From an uncultured Acidobacteriota bacterium (lineage in GTDB: Bacteria; Acidobacteriota; Terriglobia; Acidiferrales; UBA7541): a stretch of 64,000 nucleotides of DNA. The notes beneath the pieces are model-generated. The model had not been told where the DNA came from and searched no databases. It was given only the letters and a program-made list of their open reading frames with translations. The stretch is from positions 156,360-220,359 of the forward strand of contig CAWAVH010000018.1 of NCBI GenBank assembly GCA_963785395.1. Reading direction: 5' to 3'. This document shows, piece by piece, positions 27,312 through 37,589 of this stretch (within the stretch, counting starts at the first letter, position 1; every line of letters starts with the position of its first letter). The translations under genes were made by a program, and so were the position numbers.

Positions 27312-30028
27312 ATGAGAGACGGTGTCATCGCGAGATTGCGGCGTTTTTTCCGGCGTGAAAGTTGGGACGCTGAACGCGCTCGAGAAATCGAGAGCTACCT
27401 GGAAATTGAAGCCGCGGAAAATATCGCGCGCGGAATGACGGCCGCAGATGCGTGGTTCGCAGCACGAAAGAAATTCGGCAACACAACGCTGGTGCGCGAG
27501 GAGATCTATCACATGAACAGCCTGGGCATTCTCGAAACGCTGTGGAGCGACCTCCGATACGGCGCGAGACTGCTGCGATTGAATCCTGGATTTGCGGCGG
27601 CTGCGATTCTTTCGCTCGCGCTCGGCATCGGCGCGAACACCGCGATATTTCAATTGCTCGATGCAGTGCGGCTGCGCGCGCTTCCCGTGAAAAATCCGCA
27701 GGAATTGGTGCAAGTCAAACTCGATCTCCGCACGGCCGTACCGGTAGCTTCGTAACGGACTATCCGAGCTTGACGAACGCTCAATGGGAAGAAATCCGCG
27801 CCCACCAGGAAGTGTTTTCAGATACCGCGGCGTGGGCTCCCGAAAAGTGGAATCTCGCGCGGGGCGGCGAGACGCGCAACGCGCAAGGGCTGTGGGTAAG
27901 CGGAAGTTTATTTTCCACGCTCGGTGTGCATCCCTTGATAGGGCGCTTAATAAATGGCAGCGACGATCGCGCGGGTTGCGGTGCGTCGAACGCGGTAATC
28001 AGCTACTCGTTCTGGCAACACGAATATGGCGGCCAGACGGATATCATCGGGCGCCAAGTGTACTTACAGGGGTACCCCTTTCAAATCGTTGGGATCACGC
28101 CGCCAAGTTTTTTCGGAACCGTCGTTGGGCATTCGTTCGACGTGGCAATTCCGCTGTGTGCTGAACCGCTGCTGCACGGAGAAGACGCCTGGATGCCGCG
28201 CAAAGATACCTGGTGGCTAGTCGTCAATGGGAGACTCAAGCCGGGAATCACAGCTGAAAAAGCAACGGCCCAGTTACGCGCGATTTCGCCGCAGATTTTT
28301 CAAGCTACTCTCCCCACGACCTACAACCCGGGTGACGTCAAGCACTACCTCGGCTTTAGGCTTGCGGCGTTCCCGGGAGCGCTTGGCGTCTCAAATTTAC
28401 GCGACGCCTATGCTGACCCTCTCTGGCTTTTACTCGCTCTTGCCGGGCTGGTACTTCTCATCGCGTGCGGCAATCTCGCGAATCTGATGCTGGCTCGTGC
28501 GAGCGCGCGAGAGAAGGAAATTGCTGTGCGGCTCGCGATCGGCGCATCGCGCGGACGCCTGGTGCGGCAATTGCTCGCGGAGAGTTTGTTGCTTGCGGTG
28601 ATAGGAACTGTGCTTGGCGCGTTTCTGGCGCAATGGGTGAGCCGGTTCCTGATCAGGTTCCTGAGCACTGGCAACAACCAGCTATTTGTGGATTTGGGAA
28701 TGGACTGGCGCGTTCTGGGATTTGCCGCAGGGCTGGCTGCTTTGACTTGTCTTCTCTTTGGTTTGGTGCCGGCCTTGCGAGGAACGCGCGTGGCGCCGGG
28801 AACGGTGCTCAAGGCTTCCGGGCGTGGAGTTACATCTACGAGGGAGCGATTTGGATTACGGCGCGTGCTGGTGGTGGCGCAGGTGGCGTTGTCGTTGGTG
28901 CTGTTGATCGGAGCTTTCCTTTTCGCGCGCAGTTTGCGCAATTTGCTGACGATGGATACCGGTATTCACGATGAAGGCGTTCTGGTGGCCGACGTGGATT
29001 TCACGAGAGAAAACACCGCGACAGACAGGCGCGTGGACTACATGCGCAGGATGCTTGAGCAGGTGCGAGCGATACCAGGAGTCGTCTCTGCCGCGGATTG
29101 CTACGTCACGCCGTTGAGCGGCGGCGGTTGGAATCAGGCTGTGATCATCAGCGGCGCTTCGCTGGATTCGAAGGACGGCAAAGACGAGAGCTGGCGCAAC
29201 ATGGTGAGCAACAATTATTTCCATACGTTGGGCACTCCCATTCTTGAGGGCCGGGACTTCGACGAGCATGACACTCTGCAATCGCCGCGCGTCACCATCG
29301 TAAATGAGGCGTTTGTCCACACATTCTTCAACGGTCAGGATCCGCTCGGGAAAACATTTCAATTCCAGGAACCAGTCGGAAGACCGCGGCCACTCCTGCA
29401 GATCGTTGGAGTAGTAAGGGATACGAAATATCAGGATCTGCGGGACGATCTGCGGCCTATCTCGTTCGTTCCGAGTTCGCAGAGTGAGCATCCGCAGCTT
29501 GGCGACACGATTTTGATCCGGACAGTTTTGCCGACGAACGAGATGATGTCTGCGGTGAAAGATGCAGTGCATAGCGAAAACGTCGACATCACTTTTACAG
29601 TGATGCACACGATGATTCAGAACTCGCTCATCGGCGACAGGTTGATTGCGCTGCTCTCGGGATTTTTTGGATTGCTGGCGGAGCTTCTCGCGACGATCGG
29701 TTTGTACGGCGTGATGTCTTACATGGTTGTGCGCCGGCGAAACGAATTCGGAATTCGGATGGCGCTGGGCGCCGGACGGCTTCAATTAGTTTCGATGGTC
29801 ATGCGCGAAGCCGGAGTGATGCTGGTAATTGGACTCGTGATCGGAACAGGCCTCGCTCTCCTCGGATCGAAGGCTGCTGAGGCTTTGCTGTATGGCTTGA
29901 AGCCCACTGATCCGCTGACAATTACTGCCGCGATTGTGATTCTTTCTTTGGTTGCAGCGGCAGCGAGTTATGTGCCGGCGTTGCGCGCGTCGCGGCTCGA
30001 TCCGATGATTGCGCTGCGCGACGAATAA
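27312..30028 (+). CDS. ADOP-family (duplicated orphan) MacB-like permease with two FtsX modules; one apparent frameshift ~27740
   Basis: The N-terminus is in ORF 27312..27755 (LWSDLRYGARLLRLNPGFAAAAILSLALGIGANTAIFQLLDAV). The remainder is in ORF 27452..30028, with two 4-TM FtsX repeats and the terminal SYVPALRASRLDPMIALRDE. Confidence 0.88.
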
Positions 30029-30063
30029 TTCGCGAGCAAAATTTTCGATTCCAGACGTAATCG

Positions 30064-31932
30064 CTACTTCAAGTACCAGGGCACATTGATCACCGCGATG
30101 CGCTGGCTTCCGCGATAGAGCAGGGAAGCCTTGAGCCAGGTGGCGCGCTGGTTGTGAAGAAAATATTGATACCAGTGCTTTTCCACCAGCTCGGGAATGA
30201 TTACGGCAATCTGTCTGCCGGGGTGCTCGTGTTCGAGTTCGAGAACGTATTTCACGATCGGATCGATGACGTAGCGGTACGGCGAATCGATAATTTTTAG
30301 ATACGGCGCTTTTCTTCCAGCTTCTTCGAGCGGAACCTGAACCATTTCTTTCCACTGAGCGCGAAGGGTTTTTCGATCGGTCGCGGATTCGTCTTCGATG
30401 TGGACCACCTGCACATCCGGCGACAGATTCAATCCAAATTCGAGGGCCAGCCGCGTAACTTTATTCAGAGACATGATTGGGATCACGACGATCGGCGGGT
30501 GAAGTTTCCGGACATCGAGGGGAGTGGGGCCTCCGATTTTGCGGTGCATGAAATCGTAATGGCGGCGAATCGAATACATCAGGATCATGATGGAAGGAAT
30601 CACGAGTACGGTGATCCATGCGCCATCGGAAAATTTTGTAACGCTGACGACGCATACAGTGCCAGCCGTTGCGATTGCGCCGATCGCGTTGATGGTGATG
30701 GAAAATCGCCAACCCTTTCCGCGATTGCGGCGCCAGTGCTGCACCATTCCTGCTTGTGAAAGAGTGAACGCGAGAAAAGCGCCGACGGCATAGAGGGGAA
30801 TTAAGCGGTCGGTGACGCCACCGAAAATGACTAGCAACAGCGCGGCCAAAATCGCGAGCACAATCACGCCCATGGTGAAGACGAGGCGGCGGCCGCGGGT
30901 GGCGAGCGGCGTGGGCAGGTAGCAATCCTCGGCGACAAGGCGGCAAAGGCGCGGGAAATCCGCGAACGCCGTGTTGGCTGAGAGCGAGAGCACCAGAAGG
31001 ATCGATGCGATCGTCACCATGTAAAACCAACCGCGGCCGGCGACTGCCGCGGTCAATTGAGAAAGCACGCTTTGATAGCCGCGTCCGGGAGGCGTGGCGC
31101 CGATGCCGTACGCGTGCGAAAGAAATGCGATTCCCAGCAACAAGATGATGAGCAACGCGATGATTACGCTGAGTGTTTTTTGAGCGCTCTGTGTGACGGG
31201 TTTACGAAAAGCTTGCACTCCGTTGCTTACGGCTTCAACTCCTGTCATCGCAGTGCAACCGCTGGCAAACGCTTTCAGCAAAAGCCACGCGCCCACAGTG
31301 ACGGTCGCGATGGGCATTGGCGATGGCGGAGAAACCGGCACGGGATGTCCGCCGGATACGATCATTCTGAAAATGCCAACGCCGACGACGATAAGCAGAG
31401 TGCCCACAAATAAATAAGTGGGCAGCATGAAGATTGCGCCCGTTTCGCGCACGCCGCGCAAATTTACGATGGTAATGATCAGCAGGATGCCGAGGCAGAG
31501 TTCGAGAGTGCGCGGCTCAAGCGATGGAACCGCTGAAACAAGAGCGCCAACGCCGGCGGAAATTCCAACTGCGGCGGTGAGGACGTAGTCGATCATGAGA
31601 GCCGATGCAGCTAGAAGTCCCGCGAAGGGTCCAAGATTCTGTCCAGCGACGGTGTAAGAACCACCGCCATTTGGGTAGGCCTCAATCGTTTGGCGGTACG
31701 AGAGATAAACGATTGCGAGCAGAATAACGATGCTGATGGTGATAGGAACGATGTAGCGGATGCCGCCCGCGCCCAAAACGATCAGAAGGGCGAGAGCTGC
31801 TTCAGGTCCGTACGCGGCGGAACTGAGCGCATCGAGCCCGAAGACTGGAATACCCGCAAGAGGGCCGAGGCGCTCGCCTCGTTCTTCCGACGTGCTAAGA
31901 GCTTTCCCGAAAAGCAGATTTACGAGCTTCAT
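30064..31932 (-). CDS. APC-superfamily (amino acid/polyamine/organocation) permease with C-terminal cytoplasmic domain
   Basis: MKLVNLLFGKALSTSEERGERLGPLAGIPVFGLDALSSAAYGPEAAL followed by about 12 TM segments and a roughly 170-aa soluble tail. Intact. Confidence 0.8.
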   Translation of the reverse strand: MKLVNLLFGKALSTSEERGERLGPLAGIPVFGLDALSSAAYGPEAALALLIVLGAGGIRYIVPITISIVILLAIVYLSYRQTIEAYPNGGGSYTVAGQNLGPFAGLLAASALMIDYVLTAAVGISAGVGALVSAVPSLEPRTLELCLGILLIITIVNLRGVRETGAIFMLPTYLFVGTLLIVVGVGIFRMIVSGGHPVPVSPPSPMPIATVTVGAWLLLKAFASGCTAMTGVEAVSNGVQAFRKPVTQSAQKTLSVIIALLIILLLGIAFLSHAYGIGATPPGRGYQSVLSQLTAAVAGRGWFYMVTIASILLVLSLSANTAFADFPRLCRLVAEDCYLPTPLATRGRRLVFTMGVIVLAILAALLLVIFGGVTDRLIPLYAVGAFLAFTLSQAGMVQHWRRNRGKGWRFSITINAIGAIATAGTVCVVSVTKFSDGAWITVLVIPSIMILMYSIRRHYDFMHRKIGGPTPLDVRKLHPPIVVIPIMSLNKVTRLALEFGLNLSPDVQVVHIEDESATDRKTLRAQWKEMVQVPLEEAGRKAPYLKIIDSPYRYVIDPIVKYVLELEHEHPGRQIAVIIPELVEKHWYQYFLHNQRATWLKASLLYRGSQRIAVINVPWYLK

Positions 31933-32058
31933 AGGTGACGCCGACTCTCCCCTTATCGAAGCGCAAGCGTTATAACCGTACAGAAACTCCAAAGCGGTGC
32001 CACGCAGCTTCCACGGTTAGCGGCGCGTTAGCTGTATTCCAGTCACTTTGAATCTTTT

Positions 32059-32070
32059 CTTGAGATCAAG
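32059..32070. promoter_or_regulatory. Candidate MarR operator palindrome
   Basis: CTTGAgaTCAAG lies 20 nt upstream of the marR-like ATG, and a further ATCAAG half-site lies at about 32080-32085. Confidence 0.3.
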
Positions 32071-32089
32071 CATCTCTATATCAAGGCAT

Positions 32090-32608
32090 ATGGCACAGAA
32101 CAATCAACGGCGACCGAAGCACCCAGTCTCTTCCGGGGTACATCTCTGGCTGGTGCTGTGGAAGGCCAGCCGGTCGCTGGAGACCTATGCGCGGCACAAC
32201 ATTAACCGACTGGGGGCAGGAATCGGAATCTGCCAGAGCGATTTCGCGGTTCTTGAAGCGTTGCTGCATAAGGGCTCGCTGACGGTAAATGAGCTTGGCG
32301 CAAAAGTGCTGCTAACGAGCGGCTCGATCAGTACAGCGGTCGAGCGGCTTGTGGTTCGTGGCCTGGTGGCGCGCCGCGCCGACGAAATCGATCGGCGTGC
32401 GCGAATTGTAGTGCTAACGCCGCGCGGCCGCGGAGTGATCGCGAAACTTTTTGCTGAACACAAACGCGCGCTGGACGCCGCGGTTTCGGCGCTCTCGCGG
32501 CGCGAACGAGCAACGCTTGTGAAATTGTTGCGCAAACTCGGCCTGAGCATCGGCCAGCTTGCAAATTTGCAATCCCGCGCCGCGCTGAGCAAAACGGGGC
32601 GCAAGTAA
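32090..32608 (+). CDS. MarR-family transcriptional regulator
   Basis: FAVLEALLHKGSLTVNELGAKVLLTSGSISTAVERLVVRGLVARRADEIDRRARIVVLTPRGR is the winged-helix MarR signature. Confidence 0.88.
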   Translation: MAQNNQRRPKHPVSSGVHLWLVLWKASRSLETYARHNINRLGAGIGICQSDFAVLEALLHKGSLTVNELGAKVLLTSGSISTAVERLVVRGLVARRADEIDRRARIVVLTPRGRGVIAKLFAEHKRALDAAVSALSRRERATLVKLLRKLGLSIGQLANLQSRAALSKTGRK

Positions 32609-32613
32609 AATTC

Positions 32614-33498
32614 TTGGAGGACAAAATGTCAGAACTAAAAAAAGTACTCGGAGTTTTCGGTCCCGGCTCTACGCACTGGGTCGGCGACGGCTTTCACGTA
32701 CGAAATATTTTTCCGTCGAACGGAGTGGAAGAACAGATCAGTCCTTTCCTGATGCTGGATTATGCGGGCCCTACTGATTTCAAACCGACAAACAAGCCGC
32801 GCGGCGTGGATGAACATCCGCATCGCGGTTTCGAAACCGTGACCATCGCGTACCAGGGTTGCGTGGAGCATCGCGATTCCGCGGGTAACTCGGGCACGAT
32901 CGAAGCAGGCGACGTCCAATGGATGACGGCGGCCTCCGGGGTCGTTCACGAAGAAAAACACGAGCGCGAATTTGCTGCGCAGGGCGGAACGTTTGAAATG
33001 GTACAGCTCTGGGTGAATCTGCCGAAAAAATACAAGATGACGGCACCCCGTTACCAGGCACTTACGAAGGCTGACATCCCTGTGGTGCAGCTTGGCGACG
33101 GCAATTACGCCCGAGTGATAGCGGGCGAACTTGACGGCGTAAAAGGCCCCGCGAAGACGTTCACTCCCGTGACCGCGATTGACGTGCGGCTTAAGGGCGG
33201 AACTTCTTGCGATTTGAAGCTGCCCACCGGCTACAACACGGGGGTGGTGCTGCTTCGAGGCGACGTGGAGCTGAATTCCGAGATTCAGCTGAGCGGTGAA
33301 GCGAAGCTCGCGCTGCTGAGTCCCGAAGGCGACCACGTCTCGCTAACGGCTAAGAAGGATACGATCCTTCTCGTGCTGGCTGGCGAACCGATCGATGAGC
33401 CAGTGGCCAGCTACGGTCCGTTTGTAATGAACACGGAAGAGGAGCTGGTGCAAGCGGTTAGCGATTACCGCGCCGGGAAGATGGGACGCTTGAGCTGA
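32614..33498 (+). CDS. Pirin family protein
   Basis: GFHVRNIFPS...FLMLDYAGP...DEHPHRGFETVTIAYQG..EHRDSAGN...GDVQWMTAASGVVHEE is the pirin bicupin signature. Alternative start at 32626. Confidence 0.9.
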   Translation: MEDKMSELKKVLGVFGPGSTHWVGDGFHVRNIFPSNGVEEQISPFLMLDYAGPTDFKPTNKPRGVDEHPHRGFETVTIAYQGCVEHRDSAGNSGTIEAGDVQWMTAASGVVHEEKHEREFAAQGGTFEMVQLWVNLPKKYKMTAPRYQALTKADIPVVQLGDGNYARVIAGELDGVKGPAKTFTPVTAIDVRLKGGTSCDLKLPTGYNTGVVLLRGDVELNSEIQLSGEAKLALLSPEGDHVSLTAKKDTILLVLAGEPIDEPVASYGPFVMNTEEELVQAVSDYRAGKMGRLS

Positions 33499-33540
33499 AA
33501 ATTCACTTAAGTTGTTTATTTTTAATAGATTAGGCGGCTG

Positions 33541-33574
33541 ACAACCCCTCCCTCCCCCGGAGGGGTTGTTTTTG
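33541..33574 (+). terminator. Rho-independent terminator of the pirin gene
   Basis: 11-bp perfect stem ACAACCCCTCC/GGAGGGGTTGT with a 7-nt C-rich loop, followed by TTTT. Confidence 0.8.
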
Positions 33575-33668
33575 TATAGTGATGATTCTAATAGAGTTAC
33601 CTAGTACTATTACTAAAAACTTATTCATTCTAAAGGAGTTAGGTCTGTTTTTGAGGTGTTTTTTGGCG
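33575..33668 (-). repeat. Degenerate copy of the promoter-linked element (no promoter recognisable)
   Basis: GATTCTAATAGAGTTACCTAGTACTATTAC and ATTCTAAAGGAGTTAGG resemble ATTCTAAAGGAGTTAGCTAGTACTACTCC of 17430-17458. GAGGTGTTTTTTGGCG resembles ACACCTGTTTTTTGGC at 17265-17280. The C-rich tract is recruited into the adjacent terminator. Confidence 0.5.
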
Positions 33669-33782
33669 ATTTTGCGCCTGAATCCTATCACGCGCCTGCT
33701 TTCTGGCCTGGACTTGTTTCACACGTTTTGACCTCTACATTTACCTCCCAACTGAGTCCCAAGCATGGCCGGGGCGGAACCT

Positions 33783-33820
33783 GGGCGAGGCCTGCCTGCT
33801 TCGCAGTCGAGCCTAGCCCC
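33783..33820. repeat. 38-bp REP-like palindromic repeat, copy 1
   Basis: GGGCGAGGCCTGCCTGCTTCGCAGTCGAGCCTAGCCCC has 34 of 38 identities with 37519..37556. The arms GGGCGAGGC/GCCT(A)GCCC are inverted repeats. Confidence 0.7.
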
Positions 33821-33921
33821 TACGGCGGATGGCGACTGACGGCCCCTCCTCGGAGACAAGTCGTCGAAATTTATCAGCACCGATTTGGAGATCTGTCGAG
33901 GGGGTTGAACGGAACTCGCCG

Positions 33922-33956
33922 GAAAAGAAAAAGCCCGAACCTTTTGGGGTTCGGGC
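33922..33956 (-). terminator. Rho-independent terminator downstream of tRNA-Phe
   Basis: 9-bp stem GCCCGAACC/GGTTCGGGC, followed on the minus strand by TTTTTCTTTTC. Confidence 0.7.
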
Positions 33957-34041
33957 GCGGAGATGCTCCGTTTATTAGTATGCCATGAGGTATAACGGGA
34001 GTCAAGGGCAACGCTGGAGAAGCATGGTCCGCGATTTGGAA

Positions 34042-34116
34042 TGGTGCCGGGGGGCAGAATCGAACTGCCGACGCCAGCCTTTTCAGGGCTGCGCTCTACC
34101 AGTGAGCTACCCCGGC
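34042..34116 (-). tRNA. tRNA-Phe: tRNA-Phe (anticodon GAA), CCA encoded
   Basis: The minus strand reads GCCGGGGTAGCTCACTGGTAGAGCGCAGCCCTGAAAAGGCTGGCGTCGGCAGTTCGATTCTGCCCCCCGGCACCA. It has a 7-bp acceptor stem, anticodon stem CAGCC/GGCTG with loop CTGAAAA, and T-arm GGCAG-TTCGATT-CTGCC. Confidence 0.95.
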
Positions 34117-34132
34117 ACGGTGAGAGTTTTTC

Positions 34133-34161
34133 ATTTTGCCGGATTCTAGGAATGTAAGCAA
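34133..34161 (-). promoter_or_regulatory. Possible tRNA-Phe promoter TTGCTT-N17-CAAAAT
   Basis: The minus strand reads TTGCTTacattcctagaatccggCAAAAT, and the tRNA 5' end lies 16 nt after the -10 element. Confidence 0.3.
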
Positions 34162-34380
34162 GTCGAGTGGAGAGAATAATTTCTCGGCGAGGAGATTATA
34201 AGAGGCGGACTAAGGCGTGAATCATCAGGACGCAGTACAAAACAGAGCCTGAGTGATTCGTGAGGCAGAACGGATACGAGACTCAAAAAAGGCTAAGGCG
34301 CACCGGCTGAGAGCCGGTGCCACGTGCCGGTGCCACGGAAGCGTTGAAAAACAGATTGTTGCGGGCGGATAATTCTGGGT

Positions 34381-34965
34381 ATGAGCACACCAATTCAATT
34401 CGATGCGGGGCGGACGGCTGTGTTGGGAATGGATTGTCAGACGGCAATTGTGACTGGCTACGTAAAGGACCAGGATGGATTCTTGAAGCGGGCGGCGAGT
34501 GTTTTGAAGCACGCGCGAGCTGCGGGGATGACGGTGATTCATGTGCAGGTGGGATTTCGTCCAGGGCTGCCGGAAATTGGAACGCGGAACCCGTTGTTCG
34601 CGGCTTTGAAGAATTCGCCGGAGCGGCAGCAGATTTTTCAGGGAGCGGGTGGAGCGATTCATCCGGCGCTGGCTCCTGAGGGCGAAGACATTGTTGTGAC
34701 GAAGCACCGCGTGAGCGCGTTTACTGGAACTGATCTCGAAGTGATTCTGCGGGCGAAGGAAATCGACACGCTGGTGCTTTTTGGAATTGCGACGAGTGGA
34801 GTGGTGCTGTCTACGTTGCTAGCGGCTTCGGATGCGGATTACCGGGTGGTTGTGATTCGAGATTGCTGCACGGATCAGGACGCGGAACTTCACTCGAATC
34901 TGATTGAAAAACTTTTTGCCCGCAGGGGAACAGTATTGACTGCGGCAGAATTTGTCGCCGCATAG
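34381..34965 (+). CDS. Isochorismatase-family cysteine hydrolase
   Basis: Intact 194-aa ORF. AVLGMDCQ, VVTKHRVSAFTGTDLEVILRAKEIDTLVLFGIATSGVVLST and VVVIRDCC give the isochorismatase fold pattern. Confidence 0.8.
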   Translation: MSTPIQFDAGRTAVLGMDCQTAIVTGYVKDQDGFLKRAASVLKHARAAGMTVIHVQVGFRPGLPEIGTRNPLFAALKNSPERQQIFQGAGGAIHPALAPEGEDIVVTKHRVSAFTGTDLEVILRAKEIDTLVLFGIATSGVVLSTLLAASDADYRVVVIRDCCTDQDAELHSNLIEKLFARRGTVLTAAEFVAA

Positions 34966-35079
34966 TAATCTCCGGAATCGTCTACCAAATTGGCTTTTCC
35001 CCTGGCATTTCCTCGCACGGATTGCGGTAACAATTCGCACATCACAGCGTCCTAGCTGATGAGGAGTTCCGGAGAATCC

Positions 35080-37514
35080 ATGAACCAAATTTGGCAGGAC
35101 TTACGTTATGCGGTTCGCACGCTATTGAAATCGCCCGGATTCGCCTGCGTGGCGATCCTGACGCTGGCCATTGGAATTGGCGCGACTGTCGCGATGTTTT
35201 CGATTACGAATAGCGTGCTGCTGCAGCCGCTGCCATACCGGGATGCCGACCGGATGGTGAACCTATCGGGGATTAGCCCCGTGCGAGGAATAACGGGAAT
35301 AAATGTGTCGCTGGTGCGAATGCAGTTTCTGCAAGAGCGATCGCACACGATGGATTCATTTGGGGCGTACCTGCCGATCAGTTCCAGCTTGACGACGCGC
35401 GGAAATCCCGAGCAGGTGAACGCGGCGCTGGCGACGAGCAGCTTGTTTGATTTGCTTGGCGCGGTTCCAGAAATCGGCCGTAATTTTCTTCCGGCGGAGG
35501 AAAAATCGGGCGGGGCAAACGTGGCGCTGATCTCGGACGGATTTTGGCACAGCCATTTCGGCGCGCGTCCGGATATCGCCGGGCAAGAAATGGCGATTGA
35601 CGGAAAGAGCGTGACGATTATTGGGGTGCTGCCAGGCACGTTCCAGTTTTTGTTATCACAGCCACCACCGGAGGTGTGGTTTCCCCGAGTGTTTGAGAAC
35701 CCCGCGCTTCCCTTGGCGCGAATCTATAGCGGTGCGGCGTATTTGGGTGTCATCGGGCGGCTGCGCGCGGGGCAAACTGTGGCGAGCGCGCAGAAAGAAC
35801 TCGACGCGCTGGACAATCCGTATAAGGCGCAATATCCGGCGTACGTAGACACGAAAGATTATTTGCTGGTAGCGGACTCGCTAAAAGATTCGGTGGTGGG
35901 TACTGCGCGCGCGTCGCTGCTGGTGCTGCTCGCCGCGGTGGGATTTCTTTTGCTGATCGGCTGCACAAATCTCGCAGGATTGCTGCTTTCACGGGCTACG
36001 GCGCGGCGAAAGGAGATCGCGATTCGAAGCGCGCTGGGAGCGTCGCGCGGGCGGCTAGTGCAACAATTACTCACGGAAAGTTTATTTCTTTCGTGTGTGG
36101 GCGGGGCCATCGCGATTTTGCTTGCGAGGTGGGCGCTGCCGCTGCTGCGGCTCCTCCCGGCGGGCGTGGTGCCGAGAGTGGAAGAAATACGAATGGATGG
36201 AACTGTGCTGGTGTTTTCGCTAGCGCTATGCGTGTTGACGGGAGTGGCGTTTGGGCTGGTGCCGTCTTTGCAGACGTCGAGAAGAGCTTTGCAAGATGCG
36301 TTGCAGGATGCGAACCGGGGTTCGAGCGGGGGAAGGGTGGCGGGAGATCGCGATCGATCTTGGTGGTCGCGGAAGTGGCAGTGGCTTTGGTGCTAATTTG
36401 CACGGCGGGGCTGCTGATCAAGAGCTTTGGTAATTTGCTGCGAGTGAATCCAGGATTCGATCCGAAAAATGTGATGACATTTGAGATTACTTTGCCGCAG
36501 GCGCGCTATCCGCAGCCGGCGCAAAAGGCGGAGCTGTACCGGCGGCTGGTGGAATCGGTAAGCGCGACGCCGAATATTGAATCGGCCGGCGTGGTGAGTT
36601 TTTTGCCGATTGGCGGCGGCGTGAGACAAGTTTTCGTGTGTCCTGAAGGAACGGTGTGCCAGGGCGTGGGGAAAGATCCGCTGATCGCGATCCGGCAGAT
36701 CACTCCGGATTATTTTACAACGATGCGAATACCACTGTTGAAGGGCCGGGTATTCGACGAGCACGACAACGCAAATTCCAGAATTGTGGTGATCATCAAC
36801 GACACGACAGCGAAGCAGTTTTATCCCGGGCAGGACCCGATCGGCAAACATCTGACGCAGTCGCGGGGAAACATTGAGGGAGAAATCGTGGGAGTGGTGG
36901 CGAGCGTCCACTTCGGGGGACTGAGCACAGCATATTTCGGTGAAATGTATCTGCCGCAGGAGCAGAGTCAGGCAGCGTCGATGGCTCTGGTGGTGCGGTG
37001 GAAATCTGCGCCGGGTTCCGTAGTGGATTCGGTGAGGGCCGCGCTTTCAAAAATTGATCCCGATTTGCCGCTGTCCGGAATTTTGAGCATGGATGATGTG
37101 GTGTCCGTTTCGGTGGCACAGCCGCGGTTGACGACGGATGTGACCGTGGCATTCAGTTTCCTCGCGTTGCTGCTGGCGGCGATCGGAATCTACGGAGTGA
37201 TGGCGTACTCGGTGACGCAACGCAAGCAAGAGATTGCGATTCGGATGGCGCTGGGCGCGCCGCCGGCTAGCATTCTGAGTTTAGTGGCCCGGCAAGGACT
37301 GCAACTGGTGGTGCTGGGAGTGGTGATCGGGCTTTTGGGAACGATTGCGTTCACGCGAGTGCTGGGAACAATTTTATTTCAGATGAGCGCGCGTGATCCG
37401 ATGACACTGGTTGGAGTGACGATCGTGTTGATCGCGGTGGCGGCGGCGGCGTGCTACGTGCCCGCACGGCGGGCGATGAGGGTTGATCCGGTTACGGCGC
37501 TTAGAGGGGATTAG
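35080..37514 (+). CDS. ADOP-family MacB-like permease (second copy, no adjacent PadR); one apparent frameshift ~36340
   Basis: [41 protein letters not shown] is in ORF 35059..36396. It continues as [25 protein letters not shown] ... [21 protein letters not shown] in ORF 36093..37514. Confidence 0.88.
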
Positions 37515-37518
37515 TGGT

Positions 37519-37556
37519 GGGCGAGGCCTGTCCGCTTCGCGGTCGAGCCTCGCCCC
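37519..37556. repeat. 38-bp REP-like palindromic repeat, copy 2
   Basis: GGGCGAGGCCTGTCCGCTTCGCGGTCGAGCCTCGCCCC has a perfect 9-bp inverted-repeat stem. It sits between convergent genes (ADOP permease / ftsK) and may act as a bidirectional terminator. Confidence 0.7.
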
Positions 37557-37589
37557 CCACGAAACATTTCGCTTCGGAAACTCGCGCAA

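Noticed and set aside
33656-33988. 110-aa ORF in the pirin/tRNA-Phe gap
   Set aside because: It runs through the REP-like repeat and the terminator hairpin, has no RBS or motif, and the region is better explained as non-coding repeats.
33499-34380. Genomic island or integrative element at tRNA-Phe
   Set aside because: There is no integrase, no phage or transposase genes, and I saw no duplicated tRNA 3' end. The flanking genes are ordinary chromosomal functions.
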